This document shows positions 13,734 to 24,018 of a DNA stretch of 32,000 bases, piece after piece (position 1 is the first letter of the stretch; each line of letters begins with the position of its first letter). The notes beneath the pieces are model-generated. The model ran no database searches and had not been told where the DNA came from. It saw only the letters and a program-made list of their open reading frames with translations. The stretch spans positions 1 to 32,000 of the forward strand of contig NZ_KB849212.1 in assembly GCF_000368025.1 (NCBI RefSeq), given 5' to 3'. A program made the translations under genes and the position numbers. This DNA comes from Acinetobacter parvus DSM 16617 = CIP 108168 (GTDB lineage: Bacteria > Pseudomonadota > Gammaproteobacteria > Pseudomonadales > Moraxellaceae).

Positions 13734-14921
13734 TTAACGAGATAAATATTTGGTCATATCTTCAATGCCTTTTAGTGTCATTGGATACATATGATTTTCA
13801 AAAATTTCTTTGATCCAGTTAATGGTCTGGGTGTAATGCCAGTAACCTTCCATTTCAGGATTTAACCAAGCGGTTTTGTCAAAATGCTGACGTAAACGTC
13901 TAAGCCATACTTCGCCCGACTCATCATTCATATATTCAACTGAACCACCTGCCGACTTGAGTTCGTATGGTGCCATACTGGCATCACCCACCACAATCAC
14001 ACGGTAATCACGTCCATAGGTATGGAATAGATCCCATGTATTCATGCGTGTTGAACTACGGCGATGGTTGTCTTTCCATACATAGTCATAAAGACAGTTA
14101 TGGAAGTAGAAATATTCCAGCGTTTTGAATTCTGATTTTGCGGCGCTAAACAACTTCTCACATTCAGCGATATAAGCATCCATTGAACCACCAACATCAA
14201 ACAGCATCAACACCTTGATACGGTTACGGCGCTCAGGCACGAGTTGTACATCCAAAATACCCTGTTTGGCCGTTTCACGGATGGTACCGTCAACATCGAG
14301 TTCTTCGGCTGCACCCTGACGGGCAAACTTACGCAAACGACGCAACGCAATTTGCATCTGGCGTGTTCCCAACACTTGATCGTCATCAAGATTCTGGTAT
14401 TTGCGCTGTTCCCACACCTTTACCGCTGAACGTTTACGCCCTGGCCCACCGATGCGGACACCTTCTGGATGATCACCAAAAGCACCAAAAGGTGAAGTTC
14501 CACCTGTACCAATCATACGATTGCCACCCTGATGTTTTTTATGCTGTTCCCGCAAGCGTTCTTCCAGCATTTTCATCAGTTCTTCAAGCGAACCTGCTTT
14601 GAGTAGTTCTGCACGTTGTTCAGGAGTGAGATGTTTCTCCAATAGCTCAAGATCAAACCAGTCTTTTGGTAATTTGTGAACTTGTTTAAGTAATTCATCA
14701 AGATCAAAAGTTTCAATACCATCAAAATAGTCTTTCATGGCACGGTCAAACTTGTCAAAGAAACGCTCATCCTTGACCAAAATGGTTTTAGCCAATTGAT
14801 AGAATTCTTCTTGATCTGCAAAAACCAGACCTGATGCCACCGCCTGATTGAGATCAATCAGCTCACGAGTTGTTACAGGTACACCATATTTGCGCAAGGT
14901 GTAAAACAATCGTACAAACAT
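13734..14921 (-). CDS. VWA-domain protein (CoxE-like), partner of the MoxR ATPase
   Basis: 395 aa. The N-terminus MFVRLFYTLRKYGVPVTTRELIDL is typical of the VWA_CoxE family. LMLFDVGGSMD is the MIDAS-like motif. Confidence 0.85.
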   Translation of the reverse strand: MFVRLFYTLRKYGVPVTTRELIDLNQAVASGLVFADQEEFYQLAKTILVKDERFFDKFDRAMKDYFDGIETFDLDELLKQVHKLPKDWFDLELLEKHLTPEQRAELLKAGSLEELMKMLEERLREQHKKHQGGNRMIGTGGTSPFGAFGDHPEGVRIGGPGRKRSAVKVWEQRKYQNLDDDQVLGTRQMQIALRRLRKFARQGAAEELDVDGTIRETAKQGILDVQLVPERRNRIKVLMLFDVGGSMDAYIAECEKLFSAAKSEFKTLEYFYFHNCLYDYVWKDNHRRSSTRMNTWDLFHTYGRDYRVIVVGDASMAPYELKSAGGSVEYMNDESGEVWLRRLRQHFDKTAWLNPEMEGYWHYTQTINWIKEIFENHMYPMTLKGIEDMTKYLSR

Positions 14922-14933
14922 TGGTAAACACTC

Positions 14934-15785
14934 TTAGCGGCGTGACATAAATGCTAAACGTTCAAGCAGTTGCACATCTTGTTCATTCTTGATTAACGCG
15001 CCATACAACGGCGGAATCGCTTTTGACTTATCGTGATTACGCAACACATCCTCAGGCATATCATCTGCCATGAGTAGGCTTAACCAGTCGATCAATTCAG
15101 AGGTTGATGGGGGTTTCTTCAAGTTTGGAATTTCACGTAACTTAAAGAACACCTGTAGGGCTTCACTGACCAAAATATTTGAGATATTCGGGAAATGAAC
15201 CGCGATGATGTCACGCATGGTGGCTTCATCTGGGAACTCAATATAGTGGAAGAAACAACGGCGTAAAAACGCGTCTGGAAGTTCTTTCTCATTATTTGAG
15301 GTGATGATCACAATTGGACGTTGGGTCGCAGTGATGGTTTCACCTGTTTCATAGACATAGAACGACATTTTATCGAGTTCATGTAGCAAGTCATTTGGAA
15401 ACTCAATATCAGCCTTGTCAATTTCATCAATCAGCAATACACAACGTTCTTCGCTGGTAAAGGCTTCCCATAATTTACCTGTTTTAATATAGTTCTTGAT
15501 GTCATAAACACGATCATCACCCAACTGACTGTCACGTAAACGTGAAACAGCGTCATATTCATACAGGCCTTGCTGGGCTTTGGTGGTTGACTTGATATGC
15601 CAGGTAATCAGCTTTAAACCCAGACTTTCAGCCACCTGTTCTGCAAGCAAGGTTTTACCTGTGCCTGGCTCACCTTTGACCAAAAGTGGTTTTTGCAAAG
15701 CACGCGCAGCTTTTACTGCAAGTTTAAGGCTTTCAGTTGCAATATATTGATCTGTACCAGTGAAGTGTTGAGTATCAGCAGACAT
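14934..15785 (-). CDS. MoxR-family AAA+ ATPase (CoxD-like)
   Basis: Walker A GEPGTGKT and Walker B LLIDEIDKA. 283 aa. Located 12 nt upstream of the VWA partner. Confidence 0.9.
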   Translation of the reverse strand: MSADTQHFTGTDQYIATESLKLAVKAARALQKPLLVKGEPGTGKTLLAEQVAESLGLKLITWHIKSTTKAQQGLYEYDAVSRLRDSQLGDDRVYDIKNYIKTGKLWEAFTSEERCVLLIDEIDKADIEFPNDLLHELDKMSFYVYETGETITATQRPIVIITSNNEKELPDAFLRRCFFHYIEFPDEATMRDIIAVHFPNISNILVSEALQVFFKLREIPNLKKPPSTSELIDWLSLLMADDMPEDVLRNHDKSKAIPPLYGALIKNEQDVQLLERLAFMSRR

Positions 15786-15827
15786 TTAAACAACCTTATT
15801 TTTCTATCTTTACTTTAGTGTGAATAT

Positions 15828-16241
15828 TTAAGCGGAACGTACAGTTTTATTTGCGGAATACTTTGACCAGCAAAATCCAACCAGTAGACCTACACCAATG
15901 ACAAACAGGATTAGTGACAGGTTTGACCAGATTAAAATATGCTCTTTGGTCAATATACCAAAAATCAGGCCAAAGACTGCTGGTGCTAATGCCGAGTTTG
16001 GACCCTCGGAAATCGTAGGTGTTGCCAGAATGGCAAATACAATAATCCATAGGATTCCACCGACTGGATTGGGTAAACGCGACATCAGGCGATACCAGCA
16101 CCATAATGCAATGAGTGTTCCTGTCACATAAACAATGATCGCAACATTCTCTTCAGGGAATTGATCCAGCACTGACAGGATGTTGGACCAGATCGCTGTT
16201 AAAGTTTCAAGCACCGCGCAAACCCTCTGGTTCCACCGCAT
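15828..16241 (-). CDS. Small integral membrane protein
   Basis: Four predicted hydrophobic helices. The annotated start overlaps the ycgL end by 35 nt, so the true start may be an internal GTG near 16214. Confidence 0.6.
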   Translation of the reverse strand: MRWNQRVCAVLETLTAIWSNILSVLDQFPEENVAIIVYVTGTLIALWCWYRLMSRLPNPVGGILWIIVFAILATPTISEGPNSALAPAVFGLIFGILTKEHILIWSNLSLILFVIGVGLLVGFCWSKYSANKTVRSA

Positions 16242-16512
16242 TTGGATTAATTAATCCCTCAGGCGGCATCTGGATAAAAAACCCCTTGCTGTGTAGTGAG
16301 TCCAAAACATGAAGAACGTTCACACGGGCAAGCTTGCGCTCATTGTGCAGCTCCAGATGCATGACAAAAGTCGCCTTGCCAAATGCTTGCAACACGGCTT
16401 CAGGAATACCATCAAACAGATTTTCTGGTTCCTTGTCATCAGGATAGTTTGGACGAGCAATATACATATACATTTCGTCTTTTTTGCTCGATCTATAAAT
16501 ATCGCAGTGCAT
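16207..16512 (-). CDS. ycgL: YcgL-domain protein
   Basis: [18 protein letters not shown]... matches the YcgL family N-terminus (C.IYrS.kkde.YLYv). 101 aa. Downstream of rnd, as in many gammaproteobacteria. Confidence 0.85.
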   Translation of the reverse strand: MHCDIYRSSKKDEMYMYIARPNYPDDKEPENLFDGIPEAVLQAFGKATFVMHLELHNERKLARVNVLHVLDSLHSKGFFIQMPPEGLINPNAVEPEGLRGA

Positions 16513-16603
16513 ATTTACTCACAACTCTTATCAATCAAAAACAGCATACATGAAAAAAATAACAGGTACATCAAGGAATGTTAACGCAGCAGTCGTGTTT
16601 TGT

Positions 16604-17746
16604 TTACTGGGAAATCTTCATCTGTGTGCCCAAATATTCAATATCCTGCCGCAACAGTTCAATCAATGGTCTGGTTAAGATTTCATAACGCCAGCCCAAT
16701 AAATAGTTGGGTAAATCCTGCTCATCCAGATGAAAAACCACATGCTCATAAATCGCGTTCAGCCATTTTTTCCGTAGCAAGACTTCTTTGGGAATGGCTG
16801 TTTCAAGAACCACACGCTCTATTAAAATCTCTATTTGTGGTACCACTTCCTTGGAATTACTTTTTACAGGCCGAGCCATTCTTAATGGCCACTCATTTTC
16901 AGGGGGCAAAAACTTCAATAAATCTAAAATGGTTTTACCATGTTCACGCACAATATTCGGACGTATGCCTTTCACCTGAGCAAGCTGGAAATGATTACGT
17001 GGATTTTTCTCCACCAAATCAATCATGGTGGCATTTTTAAGGATAAAACTGCGTGGTTGATTGAGTGCCTTGGTGATTTGTTCCCGCCAGATACTGAGTT
17101 GTTGTAACTGCATTAACTCTCTACGTGAGTGGCGGTAATTACCAATATCGGTATAAAGCGCTGCAAGTGGCGTTTCCAGTGCAATTTCTTTGGTGAGATT
17201 TTGGCAATCCTCCAATACATATTGATAGAGACCTTTCACTTTTAGGTCATTCTTCAATGCATCAGCAAGTTTGGTTAAATAAAGAACATCATTGGCTGCA
17301 TAGCTCATTTGCTCCTGAGTGAGCGGTCGAGCCAACCAGTCTGAACGTGTCTGGTCTTTCTCTATATCAATATTCAAACGAGTTTTTAAGGCATTCTGGT
17401 AGCTGACTTGTAGACCATGTCCCAAAAAAGCCATTGCCACTTGAGTATCAAAGACATTGCCAAGTGGTTTCTGGTCTGCATAGTGATAAATCAGGTCAAT
17501 ATCTTCACCACAGGCATGGAAAATGTTCTGTTGTGCGTCAAATATTTTTTGCCAGAAGTGTGCCAAATCCAGTGCAGTCCCATCCAACAGGGAAACCTGA
17601 CCATTCAGATTGATTTGGCACACCCCAAGTTTTGGATATAAGGTATCAACCTTAATAAACTCAGTATCAAGTGCATAGGTGGAACATTGTTCCATTTGAG
17701 TAAGGAGAACAGCTAAATCTTGTTGCTGCTGGATAAACTGAAACAT
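16604..17746 (-). CDS. rnd: Ribonuclease D
   Basis: DEDD exonuclease motifs (ALDTEF, HACGEDI, YAANDVLYL) followed by an HRDC-like region. 380 aa. Confidence 0.93.
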   Translation of the reverse strand: MFQFIQQQQDLAVLLTQMEQCSTYALDTEFIKVDTLYPKLGVCQINLNGQVSLLDGTALDLAHFWQKIFDAQQNIFHACGEDIDLIYHYADQKPLGNVFDTQVAMAFLGHGLQVSYQNALKTRLNIDIEKDQTRSDWLARPLTQEQMSYAANDVLYLTKLADALKNDLKVKGLYQYVLEDCQNLTKEIALETPLAALYTDIGNYRHSRRELMQLQQLSIWREQITKALNQPRSFILKNATMIDLVEKNPRNHFQLAQVKGIRPNIVREHGKTILDLLKFLPPENEWPLRMARPVKSNSKEVVPQIEILIERVVLETAIPKEVLLRKKWLNAIYEHVVFHLDEQDLPNYLLGWRYEILTRPLIELLRQDIEYLGTQMKISQ

Positions 17747-18039
17747 ATTTGCTCAAGTAAAATAATAAAGAACCATTAGCAATGGCACTGCCAAATTGCA
17801 GTCATTGCTCAAGCGAAATCAAATACAAAAATAAATTTAATCAGTATTCCACATGCAAAACATAAAATTACTCCTTTTTCTATATCATCAAAAAACGAAA
17901 ATCCTTTTCGCCTGTCCATAGTGCCACAAATTACAGCAAATATATCAACGATAATGTTAGACAAAATGTAAAAAATTAATTATTTGTTTAAATTAACATC
18001 ATAAATTTAAAGTAGATAAAATAATAATGGATAAACATC

Positions 18040-18636
18040 CTATTTCATCTTCATACGGTTATGTACAGCCTGACTTAGTGTATGGCTATCCACATACTCA
18101 AGTTCACCACCCTGAGGTACACCTTGAGCAATTCGGGTCATGTGAATTGGCAAATGTTTAGTTGCCTCAACCAGATAATGCGCCGTTGCCTGCCCCTCAA
18201 CTGTCGCATTGGTGGCAAGAATCACCTCTTCAATTTTCCCCTCACTTAGGCGTTGAACCAGATAGGGAATTCCAATTTCCTCAGGGCCTATCCCATCCAA
18301 CGGTGACAAATGCCCACCGAGTACATGGTACTTGCCACGAAAACTGCCGCTTTGTTCAATTGCCATTACATCCGCAGGTGATTCAACCACACAGAGAAGT
18401 TGTTCATCCCGTTCCACAGAGGCACAAATGCCACAAATTTCGTTTTCAGTTAAGGAATGACAAATGCGGCACTCATGGATATGGCTTGATGCCTCATGTA
18501 AGGCGTGCGATAAAGCAAATGCACCCTCACGGTTTTTCATCAGCAAATGCAATGCCATACGCTGTGCTGATTTTGGACCAACACTGGGTAAGATACGTAA
18601 TGCCTGAACCAATTGTTCAAATCGTTCACTAAACAC
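18040..18636 (-). CDS. recR: Recombination protein RecR
   Basis: LPSVGPKSAQRMALHLL (HhH), the zinc finger CRICHSLTENEICGIC and a Toprim domain. GTG start. Confidence 0.97.
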   Translation of the reverse strand: MFSERFEQLVQALRILPSVGPKSAQRMALHLLMKNREGAFALSHALHEASSHIHECRICHSLTENEICGICASVERDEQLLCVVESPADVMAIEQSGSFRGKYHVLGGHLSPLDGIGPEEIGIPYLVQRLSEGKIEEVILATNATVEGQATAHYLVEATKHLPIHMTRIAQGVPQGGELEYVDSHTLSQAVHNRMKMK

Positions 18637-18703
18637 AAATAGACTCGATTGTTTTACAAAAGCTTCTCCAGTCTTTTATAAAAAGGCTGGAGATTTTCTT
18701 GAA

Positions 18704-19033
18704 TTAGAATAAACCAGATAAACCTGGTGGCAAGCCCATACCTGAGTTGGCACCTTGAAGCTTTTCTTCAGAAATGACTTCGGCCTGACGTACCGCATCA
18801 TTGATTGCAGCAGCGATCAAGTCTTCGATCATGTCCGCTTCGTCCTGTAACAGCTCTGGACTAATTTCGATACGCTTTACAACATTGCGGCAGGTCATGG
18901 TCACTTTAACCAAACCACCGCCCGCCTCAGCGTGAACTTCGGTTTTTGCAAGCTCTTCTTTGGCTTTCTTAATATTGGATTCCATATCCTTTTGCATGCG
19001 CTGGGCTTGCTGCATGAGCATATTAATATTCAT
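18704..19033 (-). CDS. ybaB: Nucleoid-associated protein YbaB/EbfC
   Basis: [17 protein letters not shown]... 109 aa. Immediately upstream of recR (conserved ybaB-recR pair). Confidence 0.95.
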   Translation of the reverse strand: MNINMLMQQAQRMQKDMESNIKKAKEELAKTEVHAEAGGGLVKVTMTCRNVVKRIEISPELLQDEADMIEDLIAAAINDAVRQAEVISEEKLQGANSGMGLPPGLSGLF

Positions 19034-19044
19034 AAGTCTCTCTC

Positions 19045-20232
19045 TTAAATCAAATCTAAACCGCGTGATAAGTCACGAATAATATCATTAATATCTTCCA
19101 AGCCAACAGATACACGGATCAATCCTTCTTCAATCCCTGCGGCTTGTTTGGCTTCGGCAGACATTCTACCATGCGAGGTGGTTGCTGGATGGGTAATTGT
19201 TGATTTTACATCGCCCAGATTACTGGTAATCGATAGGAAACGCGTGTTGTCAATCACCGCCCATGCGCCTTGACGCTCACCTCTTACAACAAATGAAACC
19301 ACACCACCAAAACCTTTTTGCTGTTTTTTAGCAAGCTCGTGCCCAGGATGGTCAGGCAAACCTGCGTAATACACTTTTTCAACCTTGTCATGTTGATGCA
19401 ACCATTCAGCCAGTTTTTGTGCATTTTCACAGTGCGCTTTCATACGGATACTGAGCGTTTCCAAGCCTTTTAGGAAAATCCATGCATTGAATGGACTCAT
19501 TGAATTACCAAGGGTACGCACAACGCCGTTAATTTCTTCAACCAAATCGTTCTTACCAACAACTGCACCACCTAAAGCCCGTCCCTGACCATCAATATAT
19601 TTAGTTGCTGAATAAAGAACCAAATCGGCACCAAACTTAATCGGCTGCTGTAACACAGGTGTACAGAAACAGTTATCCACTGCAAATAAAGCACCATGCG
19701 CGTGGGCAATATTTGCAATTGCCTGCATATCGCCCACCTGTGCCAAAGGATTCGAGGGTGTTTCAATAAAGAGAATACGTGTATTTGGACGAATTGCCTG
19801 TTTCCAGCCTTCAAGATCATCTAAATCAACAAAAGTCACTTCAACAGCAAATTTTGCAACGTACTTTTCAAATAAGGCAATGATTGAACCAAAAACGGCG
19901 CGTGAACAAATCACATGATCGCCCGCTTTTAAATACGCCATACACATGGCATGTACTGCTGCCATCCCTGAACTGGTTGCTACCGCACGCTCTGCGCCAT
20001 CCAGAACAGCTAAACGTTTTTCAAAGGCTTGCACTGTTGGGTTGGTATAGCGTGAATAGGTATTACCTACGATTTGCCCAGAAAATTTTGCGGCAGCATC
20101 AGCTGCACTTTCGCAAACAAAAGAAGATGTTAAAAAGATAGGTTCACTATGTTCGCCCTCAAAGGTGCGATCATGCCCTGTGCGAATTGCCAGAGTGTCG
20201 AGTTGATATTCTAAATCATCGCTTGGATTCAT
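19045..20232 (-). CDS. metZ: O-succinylhomoserine sulfhydrylase (PLP-dependent Cys/Met metabolism family)
   Basis: [28 protein letters not shown]. The PLP lysine is in the [11 protein letters not shown] context. The ATG at 20232 is preferred over the upstream TTG at 20304. Confidence 0.88.
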   Translation of the reverse strand: MNPSDDLEYQLDTLAIRTGHDRTFEGEHSEPIFLTSSFVCESAADAAAKFSGQIVGNTYSRYTNPTVQAFEKRLAVLDGAERAVATSSGMAAVHAMCMAYLKAGDHVICSRAVFGSIIALFEKYVAKFAVEVTFVDLDDLEGWKQAIRPNTRILFIETPSNPLAQVGDMQAIANIAHAHGALFAVDNCFCTPVLQQPIKFGADLVLYSATKYIDGQGRALGGAVVGKNDLVEEINGVVRTLGNSMSPFNAWIFLKGLETLSIRMKAHCENAQKLAEWLHQHDKVEKVYYAGLPDHPGHELAKKQQKGFGGVVSFVVRGERQGAWAVIDNTRFLSITSNLGDVKSTITHPATTSHGRMSAEAKQAAGIEEGLIRVSVGLEDINDIIRDLSRGLDLI

Positions 20233-20349
20233 GGTTTTGTATGCCTTATGATCATCATGCTTCAATATGCCAACATTTTGAGCGTCCAGGGTATTTAAGG
20301 TCAAGGCGTAAGATGAAATTATCGCTTAGACTTCGTGCAATCTTGACTC

Positions 20350-21453
20350 ATGATGAGACTTTCAAAGATGAAATCGCTTATGGATCAACAAAAAATAAAC
20401 TTTAAACATTTAGCCATGCGTGTATTTGACACAGATCGGCTGGTGCTGTCTCAATCAACCGCCTATCAAGTGATTGCCGAGTTTAAACAAACCCGTGTTC
20501 GTTTTTATGGCTCAGAAAACAAACGTTATAAAGAGCCACTGGTCTTTGTTGCGCCGCTTGCGATTAATATGGATATTTATGACCTATATCCCTATCGCTC
20601 TTTAGTCAAACATTTCCAGGACAGTGGTTTTGATGTGTACCTGATTGACTGGGGCAAACTCACTTATAAAAACTATCAGGTTAATTTCTTGTCATTTATT
20701 GATAAGTTTATTCCACGCTGTATTGAAGCCATCCAGAAACATTCTAAATCTGAAAAAATTTCTCTACATGGCTGGAGTATGGCTGGCATTTTTGTCACAC
20801 TTTACACAGCCCGCCATCCATCCAATCCAGTTAAAAATTTGGTCGTACTCGGTAGCCCAATTGACAGTTATGCTTCAGGCTATATTGGCAAACTATACAA
20901 AACACTGGCATATATTACGACGCGTAACCCAACCATTAAAGATTATGCCTATAACCGTTTGCCAAAGCTGATGATTCATTCACCAGGCTTCCTAAACTCT
21001 TTAGGGTTTAAACTACTTGATCCAAAAGGCTGGATTGATGGCAATATCCAGTTACTCAAAAATCTGGATAATCTCAAGCTGGTTCAGGAAAATGCCACAC
21101 TGAGCCATTTCCTGAATAACATGATTGACTATCCAGGTGGTATCAATCAGGACATGCTGTTTAATGTATGGCTACAAAATCCATTGAAGCATGGCGCAAT
21201 CAAACTCAAGAATGAGACGATTGAACTGAAGAACATCAATTGTTCTTTATTGGTAGGTGCTGGTAAAGGTGACCAACTGGTGACTTCCGATGCCGCTTTT
21301 CCACTGACCCAGTTGACAAGCAGTCAGGATGTCACCTTTACTTTAATCCCTGGCGGACATTTAGGTTTAATGTCCAGTCAAAACAGTTCTATTGAGTTCT
21401 GGCCAACACTGACCAACTGGTTGGCCGAACGATCAACTCCTATCAAAAGGTAA
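20350..21453 (+). CDS. Alpha/beta-fold hydrolase (PHA-synthase-like N-terminal architecture)
   Basis: Nucleophile elbow HGWSMAG (GxSxG). 367 aa. C-terminal IPGGHLG carries the catalytic His context. Confidence 0.75.
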   Translation: MMRLSKMKSLMDQQKINFKHLAMRVFDTDRLVLSQSTAYQVIAEFKQTRVRFYGSENKRYKEPLVFVAPLAINMDIYDLYPYRSLVKHFQDSGFDVYLIDWGKLTYKNYQVNFLSFIDKFIPRCIEAIQKHSKSEKISLHGWSMAGIFVTLYTARHPSNPVKNLVVLGSPIDSYASGYIGKLYKTLAYITTRNPTIKDYAYNRLPKLMIHSPGFLNSLGFKLLDPKGWIDGNIQLLKNLDNLKLVQENATLSHFLNNMIDYPGGINQDMLFNVWLQNPLKHGAIKLKNETIELKNINCSLLVGAGKGDQLVTSDAAFPLTQLTSSQDVTFTLIPGGHLGLMSSQNSSIEFWPTLTNWLAERSTPIKR

Positions 21454-21456
21454 ACT

Positions 21457-22329
21457 ATGAGTCAATCTGTTGCATTTATCGGTTTAGGCGCTATGGGCTA
21501 TCGTATGGCAGCCCATCTACCAAAGCATTTCGAGGAAGTTTATGTCTGGAATCGAAACTTTAGTAAAGCTCAACAACATGCAACAGAATATGGAACTATA
21601 GCGGTTGAACTGGCTCAGGCAGTACAGGCAGATATTATCTTTTCATGCCTGCCAACAAGTGCAGATGTTGAAGCCTTGATTGATGGTGTGAATATTAAAT
21701 CAGGTGCAATCTGGATTGACTGTACCAGTGGTGTGCCCGAGACAGCTCGCCGTCTGGCCGAAAAGCTAAAAGTACAGAACGTCGATTTTCTCGATGCACC
21801 TGTGAGTGGACAAACCATCGGTGCAGAAAATGCGACTTTAACCGTAATGGTAGGTGGCGATGTTAGTGCTTTTGAGCGTACTTATTCTGCGATGGCAGCC
21901 GTTGGAAAATTGATTCAGCATGTCGGTGATTCAGGTGCAGGCTTTGCAGTAAAAGCCATCAACAATATGTTGCTTGCCGTCAATTTATGGTCAGTTGCCG
22001 AGGGATTTACCACATTAAAGGCACATGGTGTCAATCTGGACGCGGCACTCAACTGTATTAATGCTTCCAGTGGCAAAAGTCTAGTCACTGAAAATATTTT
22101 TCCTCAACGCGTACTGAGTCGTGAGTTTCCCTGCACCTTTGCCTTGCCTTTATTGGCAAAAGATACAGGAATTGCGCTAGATTTAGTACATAACGCGAAA
22201 CTTCCAGCGCCTATACTTGCCCTGACCCAAAGCTTGATTCAGGCTGCAAGTTTAACTGCCGAAGCGAATAGTGATTTCTCCGCAGCAGTTAAACTGTATG
22301 AATCATGGAGTAAAATTACACTGGAATAG
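21457..22329 (+). CDS. NAD(P)-dependent 3-hydroxyisobutyrate dehydrogenase-family oxidoreductase
   Basis: Rossmann motif [22 protein letters not shown] and the catalytic-Lys context [11 protein letters not shown]. 290 aa. Confidence 0.88.
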   Translation: MSQSVAFIGLGAMGYRMAAHLPKHFEEVYVWNRNFSKAQQHATEYGTIAVELAQAVQADIIFSCLPTSADVEALIDGVNIKSGAIWIDCTSGVPETARRLAEKLKVQNVDFLDAPVSGQTIGAENATLTVMVGGDVSAFERTYSAMAAVGKLIQHVGDSGAGFAVKAINNMLLAVNLWSVAEGFTTLKAHGVNLDAALNCINASSGKSLVTENIFPQRVLSREFPCTFALPLLAKDTGIALDLVHNAKLPAPILALTQSLIQAASLTAEANSDFSAAVKLYESWSKITLE

Positions 22330-22384
22330 AATTACCATTTAAAAACAATATTTTATATCTAATTAAGATACCAGTCTAAAAAAG

Positions 22385-22402
22385 CCCGCTTAATAAAGCG
22401 GG
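22385..22402. terminator. Bidirectional terminator between convergent genes
   Basis: CCCGCTT-AATA-AAGCGGG, flanked by an A-run on the left and TCTTGTTT on the right. Confidence 0.7.
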
Positions 22403-22408
22403 TCTTGT

Positions 22409-22609
22409 TTATTCCTCAATTTCTATTGGATCACCATCTTTTGGGCGAATATGCCGTTCACCATCATCGGCTGGGTCAACACTGGAACCATCTTTGGTAA
22501 TGCTGTTGTATAACTCATCCTCTTTCTTATCATCTATAAATTCCTCATCTTCAAAATCCAGAGGTTCATCATCATCTTGAAAATTTAAAGGCTTATTCTG
22601 ATCTATCAT
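22409..22609 (-). CDS. Highly acidic small protein of unknown function
   Basis: AAGGA RBS about 8 nt upstream of the ATG. 66 aa, of which about 25 are Asp/Glu. Followed by a terminator hairpin. Confidence 0.6.
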   Translation of the reverse strand: MIDQNKPLNFQDDDEPLDFEDEEFIDDKKEDELYNSITKDGSSVDPADDGERHIRPKDGDPIEIEE

Positions 22610-23000
22610 GTTGTTTTATTCCTTAATCAAGCTATGTCACTTCATGCTTAAATAATTGCCAGACAGATTCAACAGTGAACAGTCATCATTTTTGTAATTA
22701 TTTGAATGAGTCTATTAATAAATTAAGCAGTCTGGACGCTTCTTCCTCATTACTCTGGTTTACCACGTATGAACCATGACCGCTTGCTGCGGTAACTGTA
22801 TCAATCGTTATCTTTACATTGCCATCTGGTGAAGTAAAAGTAGAAACCGCCACAATGTAAAGCTTATTAGATATTCAAATACACTATTGAATTTTCATTA
22901 AAACGCCTTATATTAGTACTAACGTTGCGACCAAAGCATGTAGAATATTTCTATTCCACAAGACTTTTGGTTTATACCTTTTAAATTAGAGGATCACCTC

Positions 23001-23270
23001 ATGAAGAAGTTTACAGTTGCGGTTTTTGCTGGATTAATAACCCTTACAGGGTTTAGTGTTCAAGCCGCAGCCCCAGAACAAGACTGTAAAAAGTTGCAGG
23101 ATGACTATAACCTCATTTATGCGTCTAAGGGTTTCTGTTTCAAGGATGCAGATGCTAAAGCCAAGTACGGCAATGAAAACTGCCATACCACCAAACCAAA
23201 GTTTTCTGACAAAGAGCAACAACGTCTCGATGAGATTAAAGCTCGCCAAAAAGAGCTAGACTGTAAATAG
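23001..23270 (+). CDS. Secreted small protein, YARHG-like
   Basis: GAGGA RBS. Signal peptide MKKFTVAVFAGLITLTGFSVQA then AAP. LIYASKGFCFKD resembles the YARHG core (iYARhGy.Fkd). Four Cys residues. Confidence 0.6.
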   Translation: MKKFTVAVFAGLITLTGFSVQAAAPEQDCKKLQDDYNLIYASKGFCFKDADAKAKYGNENCHTTKPKFSDKEQQRLDEIKARQKELDCK

Positions 23271-23351
23271 AAACTGATTATTAGATTTTGTCCTCTCCTT
23301 TTTATTTTTTTAGGAGAGGAAACTTGAATTATTTATATTAAGGGACTCATC

Positions 23352-23765
23352 ATGGCTTACGATGACCAAAATATTTTTGCCCGAATTCTTCGTGGCGAAT
23401 TGCCTGCGATTAAAATTTATGAAGATGAACAGGTTCTTGCCTTTATGGATATCATGCCTCAGGCAGATGGTCATGCTTTGGTTATTCCCAAAACGCCAGC
23501 AGTGACATTGCTAGACCTGCCTGCCGATGCGGCTGCCTATACCATCCAGATCGTTCAAAAGATTGCCCGTGCGATTGAGTCTGCATTGGATGTTAAGGGT
23601 ATTGTACTGATGCAACTTTCTGGCGAAGCTGCGGGTCAAACTGTGCCGCATGTACACTTTCATTTGATTCCAGGCTCAATTCATCATCTAGGTCGTCATG
23701 CGGCTCAAATGGGTGATCAGGAGAAGATTAAGGCGCTTGCTGAAAAGATTAAGGCCGCCCTGTAA
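23352..23765 (+). CDS. HIT-family (histidine triad) nucleotide hydrolase
   Basis: IFARILRGELPA at the N-terminus and the histidine triad HVHFHLIP. Confidence 0.93.
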   Translation: MAYDDQNIFARILRGELPAIKIYEDEQVLAFMDIMPQADGHALVIPKTPAVTLLDLPADAAAYTIQIVQKIARAIESALDVKGIVLMQLSGEAAGQTVPHVHFHLIPGSIHHLGRHAAQMGDQEKIKALAEKIKAAL

Positions 23766-23782
23766 CTGATAATTTTTTCGTA

Positions 23783-23807
23783 AACGGAGTTGTTACTCCG
23801 TTTTTTT
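23783..23807 (+). terminator. Rho-independent terminator after the HIT gene
   Basis: AACGGAGT-TGTT-ACTCCGTT followed by TTTTT. Confidence 0.8.
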
Positions 23808-24018
23808 ATTTGATAACTATTTAATAATCAATAACAAATAGAATTATTACCAAATATAAACTGTCATCAAATTGTCATTTTCCTTTCACTTCTCTGTCAC
23901 AAAGTTTACCGATACTGCATACAAGTCAGTGAGCTGTGTAACTTTTTGTACATAAGCAAGCTTATAACCGTAACTAAGGCAACTGCCATTTACAAAAAAG
24001 TGTTTTGGAGAAATCTCA

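Noticed and set aside
22698-22898. Minus-strand reading frame with protein-like sequence (VAVSTFTSPDGNVKITIDTVTAASGHGSYVVNQSNEEEASRLL...) that could be a small gene or a pseudogene remnant.
   Set aside because: The only in-frame ATG (22898) is separated from the protein-like part by two in-frame stops. The GTG at 22853 has no RBS. This is too weak to call, although it could be a decayed gene.
23291-23320. Hairpin TCCTCTCCT...AGGAGAGGA after the YARHG-like gene, considered as a terminator.
   Set aside because: The stem is good (9 bp), but the 12-nt loop is the T-rich part and no T-tract follows on either strand. I left it uncalled.
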